Assembly: GCA_964487685.1 (NCBI GenBank)
Contig: CAZASA010000002.1
Span: 3,611-67,610 of the forward strand
Direction of reading: 5' to 3'
DNA: 64,000 bases
DNA from: an uncultured Planctomycetales bacterium
Lineage (GTDB): Bacteria; Omnitrophota; Gorgyraeia; Zapsychrales; Fredricksoniimonadaceae
Below the pieces are notes generated by a model, which worked only from the letters and a program-made list of their open reading frames with translations, did no database searches and was not told the DNA's origin. Both the position numbers and the translations under genes were made by a program. Positions 17,963 to 26,560 of the stretch are shown piece by piece. The stretch's first letter is position 1; each line of letters begins with the position of its first letter.

Positions 17963-18868
17963 ATGAGCTTAGTGGTTTTAGGGACAGTGGCGTTGGACCA
18001 TGTCAAAACACCTTCAGGGTCGAAAAAAGATATGTTAGGCGGCTCAGCCGCTCATTTTGCCATGTCCGCCAGGCTTTTTACTGACGTGCATATGGTGGCG
18101 GTGGTGGGCAAGGATTTTCCGGTCAGGCACCTGGATTTTTTAAGGAGCAAGGGCATTGACCTGTCGTCAGTCAAGATCAGCAGCGGCAAGACCTTCCGCT
18201 GGAGAGGTGAATATAAAAAAGGGGACCTGAACACGGCCCTGACCCTGGCAACGGAATTGGGGGTTTTGCAAAGTTATGTGCCTGAATTAAAGGAACATCA
18301 AAAAAGCTTGCCCAATATTTTCCTGGCTAATTTCGATCCGGATTTGCAAATACAGCTGTTCAAACATTTGAAAAATCCGCGATTGATCGGTTTGGACAGC
18401 ATGAACCTTTGGATCACCCATAAACAAAAGTCTTTACGCCGGTTAATGAAGATGGTGCATCTGTTCGTGGCCAATGACAGCGAAGCCAGGGCATTGTCTG
18501 GTGAGAACAATCTGATCATGGCGGCCAAACGCCTGCGGGCCATGGGGCCCAGGATGATCGTCATTAAAAAAGGCGAGCATGGTGTCTTGTTTTACAGCGA
18601 CCAGGTGATGTTTTCATTCCCGGCCTTCCCGGTTGAAAAAGTTATTGACCCCACTGGTGCCGGAGATACCTTTGCCGGCGGGCTGATGGGTTATTTAAGC
18701 CGAGTCAACAAGCTCGACGATAAAACCTTGCGCAAGGCCTTATTGTACGCCACGACCGTTGCTTCTTTTAACGTGCAAGGCTTTGGCATGGCCCGCACCG
18801 CATCGTTGACTATGCCTGAGGTCGAGGAACGCATGAAGTCCTTGGTTAAATTTTTTGCACTGACATAG
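17963..18868 (+). CDS. PfkB-family carbohydrate kinase
   Basis: 'MLGGSAAHFAMSA', C-terminal 'DPTGAGDTFAGG'. Confidence 0.7.
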   Translation: MSLVVLGTVALDHVKTPSGSKKDMLGGSAAHFAMSARLFTDVHMVAVVGKDFPVRHLDFLRSKGIDLSSVKISSGKTFRWRGEYKKGDLNTALTLATELGVLQSYVPELKEHQKSLPNIFLANFDPDLQIQLFKHLKNPRLIGLDSMNLWITHKQKSLRRLMKMVHLFVANDSEARALSGENNLIMAAKRLRAMGPRMIVIKKGEHGVLFYSDQVMFSFPAFPVEKVIDPTGAGDTFAGGLMGYLSRVNKLDDKTLRKALLYATTVASFNVQGFGMARTASLTMPEVEERMKSLVKFFALT

Positions 18869-18869
18869 A

Positions 18870-18905
18870 TCCCCGCATGGCCAATTGGCCAAGCTGCGGG
18901 GTCCT
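18870..18905 (+). terminator. Hairpin after the PfkB kinase gene (ccccgca-tggccaattggcca-...-tgcgggg)
   Basis: GC-rich inverted repeat containing the 14-nt perfect palindrome tggccaattggcca. There is no strong T-tract. Confidence 0.3.
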
Positions 18906-18923
18906 GTTGGGAGAGGTCTTAAT

Positions 18924-19187
18924 TTGAGAACGATCAGTTTTTGGGCGGCGGTGATCCTGCCATTGTGGGACATCCCTTTGATGGTGCGCGTTGTGCGAAG
19001 GAAATCTTCACAGGACATCTCGTTGGTATGGGCCGCCGGTCTGTGGGCAACGTCGGTCTTGATGGCCCCCAGTGCTTTTATTACCGGGGATAAAGTAGCT
19101 ATGGGTTTTAATATCGTCAATGTGATCATGTTATCGGGTGTTTTGATCGTGGTCATAAAATACAGGAAAGGTCAGCCATGCATTTAG
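18924..19187 (+). CDS. SemiSWEET-like PQ-loop membrane protein, paralog 1
   Basis: ~88 aa with 3 predicted TM helices. 'LPLWDIPLMVRVVRRKSSQDISLVWAAG' resembles the SemiSWEET 'LPQ..R....K...DIS' motif. Start uncertain (TTG 18924; ORF-track 18885). Confidence 0.5.
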   Translation: MRTISFWAAVILPLWDIPLMVRVVRRKSSQDISLVWAAGLWATSVLMAPSAFITGDKVAMGFNIVNVIMLSGVLIVVIKYRKGQPCI

Positions 19188-19435
19188 TGGAGAACATTGG
19201 TCTCGTGGCCGGGATCATTATGCCCTTATTTAATATCCCTTTGATCGTTAAGATCATCCGCCGGCGTTCTTCGGCAGACATTTCTATCGCCTGGGCCATG
19301 GGGGTATGGATCTGTGCCTTGTTGATGGCCCCTTCGGGCTTTACTTCCAAGGATATAGTTTGGCGCAGTTTTAATATTGTTAACCTGGTTCTTTTTACAG
19401 GGGTTGTGATCGCTGTCTGGAGGTATCGCAAATAA
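19178..19435 (+). CDS. SemiSWEET-like PQ-loop membrane protein, paralog 2
   Basis: 85 aa. 'MPLFNIPLIVKIIRRRSSADISIAWAMG'. Paralogous to the upstream gene (~50% identity). Confidence 0.55.
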   Translation: MHLVENIGLVAGIIMPLFNIPLIVKIIRRRSSADISIAWAMGVWICALLMAPSGFTSKDIVWRSFNIVNLVLFTGVVIAVWRYRK

Positions 19436-19436
19436 T

Positions 19437-20360
19437 ATGGCCAAAGAATTAAAAAGCGGCATCGTTGCCATCGTGGGAAGGCCCAATGTAGGCAAATCAA
19501 CACTTCTCAATGCTATCTTGGGTGAAAAAGTGTCCATTGTCTCTGATGTGCCGCAAACAACACGCCATCAGATCAGGGGCATTCACACCGACGAGCGCGG
19601 CCAGATCGTTTTTATCGATACGCCGGGCATCCACGCGGGCAAGGACAAGCTGGATAAATACATGAATCGGGCTTCGTTGGGGAGCATTGATTCCGTTGAC
19701 GCGGTGATACACATGGTGGATGCCAGCGAGAAAACCGGCCTTGAAGAAAAACATGTGATCACGCGGCTTAATAAGTGCGGCAAACCCATTATCGTGGGAC
19801 TAAACAAGATCGATATCACCAAAGGAAAATTTGTCCCCGAGTATATCAAGCTTTGGGAAGAGGTCCGCGGCGTTCCCATGACCGAGATCAAAGATTTGAT
19901 CTTGTTTCCTCTCTCAGCCCTTAAAGGCACCAATGTTAAAAAAATGATCGACCTGCTTTTTGAACAAATGCCCGTAGGCCCGCTCCTTTATCCTGAAGAT
20001 ACACTTACAGATTTTCCCAAGCGCATGGCCATGGCGGACCTGATCCGTGAAAAACTATTCCTGCTGATGCGAGAAGAGATCCCGCATTCCATCGCTGTAA
20101 TCATCGAGGGCGTCCAGCCTAAAAAAGGCAATGTTCTGCATATCCGCGCGGCCATCCTGGTTGAACGCGAGTCCCAAAAAGAGATCGTCATCGGAAAATC
20201 CGGCGCCATCTTAAAACAGGTAGGCACCGAAGCACGCAAAGATCTAGAAGAGCTGGTTGACAGCAAGGTCTTCCTGGAACTTTTTGTGAAGACCAGCTCA
20301 AATTGGCGCGAAGATTACGGCACCCTCGAAGATATGGGATTTGTCTTTAGCGATCTTTAG
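19437..20360 (+). CDS. era: GTPase Era
   Basis: 'GIVAIVGRPNVGKSTLLNAILGEKVSIVS', 'DTPG', KH domain. Confidence 0.9.
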   Translation: MAKELKSGIVAIVGRPNVGKSTLLNAILGEKVSIVSDVPQTTRHQIRGIHTDERGQIVFIDTPGIHAGKDKLDKYMNRASLGSIDSVDAVIHMVDASEKTGLEEKHVITRLNKCGKPIIVGLNKIDITKGKFVPEYIKLWEEVRGVPMTEIKDLILFPLSALKGTNVKKMIDLLFEQMPVGPLLYPEDTLTDFPKRMAMADLIREKLFLLMREEIPHSIAVIIEGVQPKKGNVLHIRAAILVERESQKEIVIGKSGAILKQVGTEARKDLEELVDSKVFLELFVKTSSNWREDYGTLEDMGFVFSDL

Positions 20361-20378
20361 CGATTGTCGTCGAAAATC

Positions 20379-21053
20379 ATGTCCGGACCAAAACTTTTGG
20401 ATAGTAAGCAGATTGCAGAGGTCATTAAACGGCTGAAGATCGCCATGCGTGACCTTCCTGACCCTTCTGTGACCTTGGTGGGCAAGAAATTCAAGAGTCC
20501 GTTCTTGGTGCTGATATCCTGCTTGTTAAGCTTGCGTACCCGTGATGAAACGACCTTACCAGCCTCTGAACGCCTCTTCGCCCGGGCAGATACCATGGAG
20601 GGCATGCTTAAAGTTCCGCTCGATGAACTGCGAAAATTAATTTATCCGGTCGGTTTTTATAAAACAAAAGCCACCCGCATCCATGAGATCTGTGCAGATC
20701 TGATCCATCGCTTTAAAAGTCAAGTGCCGGATGATATTGAATTGCTTTTGACGCTCAAAGGGGTGGGGCGCAAGACCGCGAACTTGGTCATGACCGAGGG
20801 TTTTGGCAAGCCGGGGATATGCGTTGATACCCATGTACATCGGATATCCAATCGCCTGGGATATATCAAGACCAAGACCCCGGAACAAACAGAATTTGCA
20901 TTAAGAAAAAAACTGCCCGGCAAATATTGGATCGAATATAATGCTTTGCTCGTGACCTGGGGACAAAATGTTTGCAAACCTATTTCACCGATGTGCACCA
21001 GCTGTCCGGTTGTAAAAATTTGCCAACGGGTAAATGTGGGCATCAGCCGGTAA
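20379..21053 (+). CDS. nth: Endonuclease III
   Basis: HhH-GPD 'LKGVGRKTANLV'; Fe-S cluster 'CKPISPMCTSCPVVKIC'. Confidence 0.85.
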   Translation: MSGPKLLDSKQIAEVIKRLKIAMRDLPDPSVTLVGKKFKSPFLVLISCLLSLRTRDETTLPASERLFARADTMEGMLKVPLDELRKLIYPVGFYKTKATRIHEICADLIHRFKSQVPDDIELLLTLKGVGRKTANLVMTEGFGKPGICVDTHVHRISNRLGYIKTKTPEQTEFALRKKLPGKYWIEYNALLVTWGQNVCKPISPMCTSCPVVKICQRVNVGISR

Positions 21054-21133
21054 ATGAGGGCCTCCTTCCTTTAATTAGAATTAAAAATATTTATGGTATT
21101 TTGTCGGATTTTTGATAAATTGATTGCAATATT

Positions 21134-22180
21134 ATGGCTAAAATAGTTGGAATTACTTACGATCTAAAAAGCGACTGGCAGGGCTCTAAGGACGATCCTG
21201 TTGATGCCGCGGCCGAGCTCGACGGGACAAAGACGATCGAATGCCTAAAGGCAGCGCTCGAATCAGCCGGGCACAAGGTTGTCTTGATCGGCGGAGCCCG
21301 CCAATTGATCGATCGCGCAGCCCGCGGTAGTCTTAAAGTAGATATTGTTTTAAATATTTCTGAAGGCTTCAAAGGCCGCAACCGCGAAAGCCAGGTGCCG
21401 GCTATTTTGGATCTGTATAATATTCCTTTTATCGGGGCCGATGCTTTGACCTTAGGGGTAACATTGGATAAGGTGGTGGCGAAAAAATGTTTTATGGCTG
21501 ATGGCATTCCCACGGCCCGCTATTTTAAAGCCACCCTTGAGGATGATCTGACCTTGCTTAATACCATTGGATTTCCTTTGTTCGTCAAGACCCTGCATGA
21601 GGGCACGTCCAAAGGGATCACGCAAAGTTCACGGGTAGAAAATTTTGAACAGCTTAAAAAACAGGTAGGGCATATCTGCCGGAATTATAATCAACCGGCT
21701 TTGGTTGAAGAATTCATCAAAGGTACTGAGTTTACCGTGGGGATCATCGGGAATAATCCGCCCAAACCCATGCCGGTCGTGCAATACGCGATCGGGGGAA
21801 AGACTAGCTTGGGCAATAATTTTTATTCTTACAGTCATGTGGTCGAAAGATCAGTGGAATATATTTGCCCCGCTCCCATCGATGAGAAAATGGCCCGTCG
21901 CCTGCAAGACCTGGCTGTACGTGCGTTTAAGTCCGTTGATTGCCGTGATTTCGGGCGTGTTGATTTCCGTGTGGATGAAGCCGGAAATCCGTATGTCCTG
22001 GAGATCAATCCATTGCCGAATTTAAGTCCTGATGATGTTTTTGTTCTTTTTGCTAAAGTCAAAAAGATGACGTATAATCAGATCATCAATCAGATCCTGG
22101 ATGCAGCCCTAAAACGTTTAGGGATCAAAGAAGCGCCGCCAGTCAAACAGCGTAGCCGAGAGGTAGCATTCAAAAAATGA
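21134..22180 (+). CDS. ATP-grasp ligase, D-alanine--D-alanine ligase family
   Basis: N-terminal Ddl-like Rossmann region and an ATP-grasp C-terminus ('VDFRVDEAGNPYVLEINPLP'). Translationally coupled (ATGA) to the downstream aminomutase. Confidence 0.55.
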   Translation: MAKIVGITYDLKSDWQGSKDDPVDAAAELDGTKTIECLKAALESAGHKVVLIGGARQLIDRAARGSLKVDIVLNISEGFKGRNRESQVPAILDLYNIPFIGADALTLGVTLDKVVAKKCFMADGIPTARYFKATLEDDLTLLNTIGFPLFVKTLHEGTSKGITQSSRVENFEQLKKQVGHICRNYNQPALVEEFIKGTEFTVGIIGNNPPKPMPVVQYAIGGKTSLGNNFYSYSHVVERSVEYICPAPIDEKMARRLQDLAVRAFKSVDCRDFGRVDFRVDEAGNPYVLEINPLPNLSPDDVFVLFAKVKKMTYNQIINQILDAALKRLGIKEAPPVKQRSREVAFKK

Positions 22181-23361
22181 ACCCTGTCAATACTTTGATC
22201 AAGGATGATGCTCCTGTTTCCGTCGGACCTAATATCCCTTTGTCCCCGCAAGAAGAGCGCGTGATAAAACTTTTTCCCGGGGCGACCCTGGCTGATTGGG
22301 AAGATTGGCGCTGGCAGCTCCGTAACCGCATACGCACCATTGATGATATAACCAAGCTCATGAAATTAACCCCGCATGAAGAACGCGGGGTCAAAGGGGC
22401 AGGGGACAAATTGACCATGTCCATCCCGCCGTATTTTGCCGCCTTGATCGATGAGAATGACCCCGGATGTCCTATCCGTTTGCAGTCAGTTCCTTTGGAT
22501 TATGAATTTGAGACCACTGAAAATGAAATGCTCGATCCCTGCGGTGAAGAAAAAAATTCCGAAGTGCATGGCTTGGTGCACCGCTATCCTGACCGGGTAC
22601 TTTTTTTGGTCAATGAGATGTGCGCGATGTACTGCCGCTATTGCACCCGTTCACGCATGGTGGGGGACGGCAATCATACGCTAAATACAGCCACCTATGA
22701 TGCGGCGCTTAATTATATCCGTAAGCATACCGAGATCCGTGATGTCCTGATCTCCGGCGGCGACCCGTTGACCTTGGGCGATCGGATGCTTGAGTATTTG
22801 ATCTCGTCCGTCAAGGCGATCCCGCATGTGGAGTTTGTGCGCATCGGCACACGTATTCCGGTGACCTTGCCCCAGCGCATCACGCCTGAATTGATCGCCA
22901 TGTTCAAAAAATATTCACCGCTGTGGATGAGTGTGCATTTTAACCATGCCAAGGAAATCACCCCGCGCGTCAAGCATGCCTGTAATATGATCGCGGATGC
23001 CGGTATTCCGATGGGCAGCCAAACAGTGCTTTTACGCGGTGTCAACGATTCGCCCGCTGTCATGAAAAAACTGTTCCATGAACTTTTAAAGATCCGGGTC
23101 AGACCTTATTACATTTACCAATGCGATCCTATCATCGGCTCCAGGCATTTTAGGACTACGATCGAAACAGGTATTAATATCATCCAGAACCTTCGCGGTC
23201 ATACCACGGGTTACGCGGTGCCGACCTACGTGATCGACGGCCCCGGTGGTGGCGGCAAGATCCCCATCAGCCCGGATTATCTGGTTTCCAAAGAGAACGG
23301 CCGCTATACCCTGCGTAATTTCGCCGGGGAACTATATACCTACGTTGATCCTACCTATTAA
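22177..23361 (+). CDS. Lysine 2,3-aminomutase (KamA-family radical SAM enzyme)
   Basis: 'CAMYCRYCTRSRMV' CxxxCxxC; 394 aa is full KamA length, not the short EpmB form. Confidence 0.8.
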   Translation: MNPVNTLIKDDAPVSVGPNIPLSPQEERVIKLFPGATLADWEDWRWQLRNRIRTIDDITKLMKLTPHEERGVKGAGDKLTMSIPPYFAALIDENDPGCPIRLQSVPLDYEFETTENEMLDPCGEEKNSEVHGLVHRYPDRVLFLVNEMCAMYCRYCTRSRMVGDGNHTLNTATYDAALNYIRKHTEIRDVLISGGDPLTLGDRMLEYLISSVKAIPHVEFVRIGTRIPVTLPQRITPELIAMFKKYSPLWMSVHFNHAKEITPRVKHACNMIADAGIPMGSQTVLLRGVNDSPAVMKKLFHELLKIRVRPYYIYQCDPIIGSRHFRTTIETGINIIQNLRGHTTGYAVPTYVIDGPGGGGKIPISPDYLVSKENGRYTLRNFAGELYTYVDPTY

Positions 23362-23440
23362 AAGGCGTTTGACAAAGCCCGATCCTGTACTATAATACTT
23401 CCCTTCAAACCAATTAAACCAACAGGAGCAGTGATAAGTA

Positions 23441-23596
23441 ATGTTAGAAGTCAAAGTCAATGACAAGAATAGTTTTGAAAAAGCGATGCGCTTATTCAAG
23501 AAGCAATGCCAAAAAGACGGTTTTTTAGTCGAGCTTAAAGAGCGCCGCTTTTATTGCAAGCCCTCCGAACGCAAACGTAAAAAAGGCAAGAGATAA
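23441..23596 (+). CDS. rpsU: 30S ribosomal protein S21 (short form, 51 aa)
   Basis: 'MLEVKVNDKNSFEKAMRLFKKQCQKDGFLVELKERRFYCKPSERKRKK' resembles S21. It is below the ORF-track length cutoff. Confidence 0.7.
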   Translation: MLEVKVNDKNSFEKAMRLFKKQCQKDGFLVELKERRFYCKPSERKRKKGKR

Positions 23597-23600
23597 GAAG

Positions 23601-25160
23601 TTGATTAAAGTCAAACGCGCATTGATCTCCGTTTCCGATAAGACCGGCCTGGTTGATTTCGCCAAGGGTTTGCAGAAACTGGGCGTTGAGATCATATCCA
23701 CCGGCGGCACGGCAGCGCTCCTGCGTTCATCCAATATCCCCGTTAAAGAAGTTTCCGAACATACCGGTTTCCCTGAAATGCTCGATGGCCGTGTCAAGAC
23801 CCTGCATCCCAAGATCCACGGAGGTCTATTGGCCCTGCGGGATAATGCTGAACATATGAAGCAGATCGCCAAACACGATATCAGCCTGATCGATATGGTG
23901 GTGGTCAATCTTTATCCATTTGAGAAGGCGGTCCAGAAAAAAAACATCCCCCTGGAAGAAGCGATCGAGAATATCGATATCGGCGGGCCTTCCATGCTGC
24001 GTTCGGCGGCCAAGAATTATAGAAGTGTGGCCGTCATCTGTAATGCCGAACGTTATGGGGAAGTGCTCAATGAGCTTAATAATAACAGCGGCATTTTATC
24101 GGACAAGGTGTTGGCTAATTTGGCCATTGAGGTTTTTGAGAGGACTTCCCGTTATGATGCCGCTATTTATGATTTTCTAAAGAACCGTTTTAAATCGGAC
24201 GATTCTTTTTCCGCCTTCCCCAAAGAATTCGCTTTTTCATTCAGCAAATTACAGGACCTGCGCTACGGGGAAAACCCGCATCAGGCCGCGGCGTTTTATT
24301 CAGATCATGGCAAGCTCGAGGGTTTAAGCCAACTTCAGCAATTGCAAGGCAAGGAACTTTCCTTTAATAATATCCTGGACTTAAACGCGGCGGTCGATAT
24401 CATCCGTGAATTTGATGCCCCGGCCGCGGTCATCATCAAACACAATAATCCTTGCGGTGTCGCTCAGGACAAAAGCCTTGATAAGGCCTATATTAAAGCA
24501 TACAAAAGCGACACCCTTTCCGCTTTTGGGGGCATCATTGGTTTAAACCGTTGTGTGGACGCCAAGACCGCTGCCGCTGTTATCAAGAGCGGTTTTATGG
24601 AATGCATCATCGCCCCTGATTTTTCCGAGGAAGCCAAGAAGCTTTTTTCCGTTAAGAAGAATTTACGCTTACTGGTGCTGGATTTGGGCGGCATCAAACT
24701 AGAAAAATTTGATTTCAAGAAAGTTACAGGCGGCCTTTTGCTCCAGGAAAAGGATAACCGTACCATCAAGCCGGAAGAATTGAAAGTCGTCACCAAGGTC
24801 AAACCTACCAAGGCGCAAATGGAGGCCATGGTTTTCGGCTGGAAATTGATCAAGCATGTCAAAAGCAATGCCATTGCCCTGGTCAAGGGAACACAGACCA
24901 TTGGTATCGGCTGCGGCCAGACCAGTCGTGTCGATTCCGCGATCCATGCCATCCGTCGGGCCGGGTCTTCTGCCCGCGGGAGTGTTTTGATATCCGATGC
25001 ATTTTTGCCTAAGCCTGACACCGTCACCATTGCCGCGAAGGCCGGGGTCAAGGCTATTATCCAAACCGGTGGTTCCATCATGGATGAAGCTGTGATCAAA
25101 GAAGCTGATAAAAGAAAGATCGCCATGGTCAACACTGGTATCAGGCATTTCAAACATTGA
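23601..25160 (+). CDS. purH: Bifunctional AICAR transformylase / IMP cyclohydrolase
   Basis: 'RALISVSDKTGLVDFAKGL', 'LHPKIHGG', 'GGLLLQ'. TTG start. Confidence 0.9.
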   Translation: MIKVKRALISVSDKTGLVDFAKGLQKLGVEIISTGGTAALLRSSNIPVKEVSEHTGFPEMLDGRVKTLHPKIHGGLLALRDNAEHMKQIAKHDISLIDMVVVNLYPFEKAVQKKNIPLEEAIENIDIGGPSMLRSAAKNYRSVAVICNAERYGEVLNELNNNSGILSDKVLANLAIEVFERTSRYDAAIYDFLKNRFKSDDSFSAFPKEFAFSFSKLQDLRYGENPHQAAAFYSDHGKLEGLSQLQQLQGKELSFNNILDLNAAVDIIREFDAPAAVIIKHNNPCGVAQDKSLDKAYIKAYKSDTLSAFGGIIGLNRCVDAKTAAAVIKSGFMECIIAPDFSEEAKKLFSVKKNLRLLVLDLGGIKLEKFDFKKVTGGLLLQEKDNRTIKPEELKVVTKVKPTKAQMEAMVFGWKLIKHVKSNAIALVKGTQTIGIGCGQTSRVDSAIHAIRRAGSSARGSVLISDAFLPKPDTVTIAAKAGVKAIIQTGGSIMDEAVIKEADKRKIAMVNTGIRHFKH

Positions 25161-25188
25161 TTGGTGTCATTCCCCAGTATAAAATAAT

Positions 25189-25213
25189 GTCATTCCCGCG
25201 AAAGCGGGAATCC
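25189..25213 (+). repeat. REP-A copy (degenerate half-copy at 25165-25174)
   Basis: Exact 25-nt match in the purH-folC spacer. A separate hairpin atccccga...tcggggat follows at 25238-25262. Confidence 0.8.
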
Positions 25214-25273
25214 ATGACACAACCATTCCAAAAATGGATCCCCGATAAAAACATTCGGGGATGACAAAGTCAT

Positions 25274-26557
25274 ATGGATCACTCAGAAGTAAATTCTTAT
25301 CTAAATTCCTTTGTCAATTTTGAATCCCAGCTCCATAAACTGCGCCCCGAAGAATTCCATCTTAACCGTATTGAGAAATTATTAGACGTCTTGGGCGATC
25401 CGGCCAAAGACCTTAAGATCGTCCATGTCGCCGGCACCAAAGGCAAAGGTTCGACCTGTGCGATTTTGGGGACGATCATGCAGGAGGCAGGCTATAAGGT
25501 TGGCTTATATACATCGCCTCATTTGCACAAGGTCAATGAGCGCATCCGCATTTTGGGCCCTGAAAATTTGCGTTCCAAAGAAGATTTCAGCGGGGCCATT
25601 GATGATGAACAGTTCTCCGCCGTGCTGACGGCATTACGCCCTTTTGCCGCCGCGATCAAGAATGAAGGCAATATCCTTACATTCTTTGAAGTCCTGACCG
25701 TTGCCGCTTTGTGCCATTTTGCCAGATCAAAGGTGGATATTGTCATCCTGGAGACCGGTTTGGGAGGCCGCCTGGATGCGACCAATGCCGCTAATTCTTC
25801 CGTCGCTATCATAACACCGGTGAGTTTGGACCATACCCGGATATTGGGAGACACCTTGACTAAGATCGCGTCAGAAAAAGCGGGTATCATCAAGGATTCT
25901 CACCAGAAAGTGGTGATCGCTCCTCAAGAAAAAGAAGTCATGGGCCTGATGCTGCGCCGCTGCAAGGAATTTGGCGTTGATCCTGTCCTTGTCGATCCTT
26001 CCAAATATGAAAATTTAAAAGTAGGGCTTAAGGGTCAGCATCAAGTGGTCAATTCAGCCACAGCGATCGAAGCCGTGAACATTTTACAAACAATGGGTTT
26101 TAAGGTCAGTGATGAGGCGATCAAGGACGGGCTAAAGAATGTCCGATGGCCAGGACGTTTTGAATTAATGAAAAAAGATCCTGATGTGATCGTTGATAGT
26201 GCCCACAACGGGGCTTCGGCCCAGGCATTGTCCGAAACCTTGAAAGAAGAGTATCCCCGGCGAAAAGTTTTTTTAGTGTTAGGAATATCCGAAGACAAAG
26301 ATGCAGGGGCTATTTGTAATCCTTTAAAAGAAAATGCGTCACAAGTTTTTTTAACACAGGCCCGTCATCCCCGCGCACACATTTTTAAGCCGTCAGAGGC
26401 TAAAGAATATTTTGGTCATACACCATTTGAAATCATCGAGGACCTGCCTCAAGCTCTAGAGAAGGCCTTAAAGAAAGCCAGCCCGCAAGATATCATCGTA
26501 GTGGCGGGTTCAATATTCCTAGTCGCCGAAGCCAGGGATTATTTAAGGGGGAGTTGA
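25274..26557 (+). CDS. folC: Folylpolyglutamate synthase / dihydrofolate synthase
   Basis: 'VHVAGTKGKGSTCA', Mur-ligase fold. Confidence 0.85.
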   Translation: MDHSEVNSYLNSFVNFESQLHKLRPEEFHLNRIEKLLDVLGDPAKDLKIVHVAGTKGKGSTCAILGTIMQEAGYKVGLYTSPHLHKVNERIRILGPENLRSKEDFSGAIDDEQFSAVLTALRPFAAAIKNEGNILTFFEVLTVAALCHFARSKVDIVILETGLGGRLDATNAANSSVAIITPVSLDHTRILGDTLTKIASEKAGIIKDSHQKVVIAPQEKEVMGLMLRRCKEFGVDPVLVDPSKYENLKVGLKGQHQVVNSATAIEAVNILQTMGFKVSDEAIKDGLKNVRWPGRFELMKKDPDVIVDSAHNGASAQALSETLKEEYPRRKVFLVLGISEDKDAGAICNPLKENASQVFLTQARHPRAHIFKPSEAKEYFGHTPFEIIEDLPQALEKALKKASPQDIIVVAGSIFLVAEARDYLRGS

Positions 26558-26560
26558 GGC

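Noticed and set aside
18885-18923. N-terminal extension 'MAKLRGPVGRGLNL' of the first SemiSWEET-like ORF
   Set aside because: It overlaps the terminator-like palindrome after the kinase gene and has no counterpart in the paralogue. An internal TTG with a GGAGAGG RBS gives an 88-aa protein colinear with paralogue 2.
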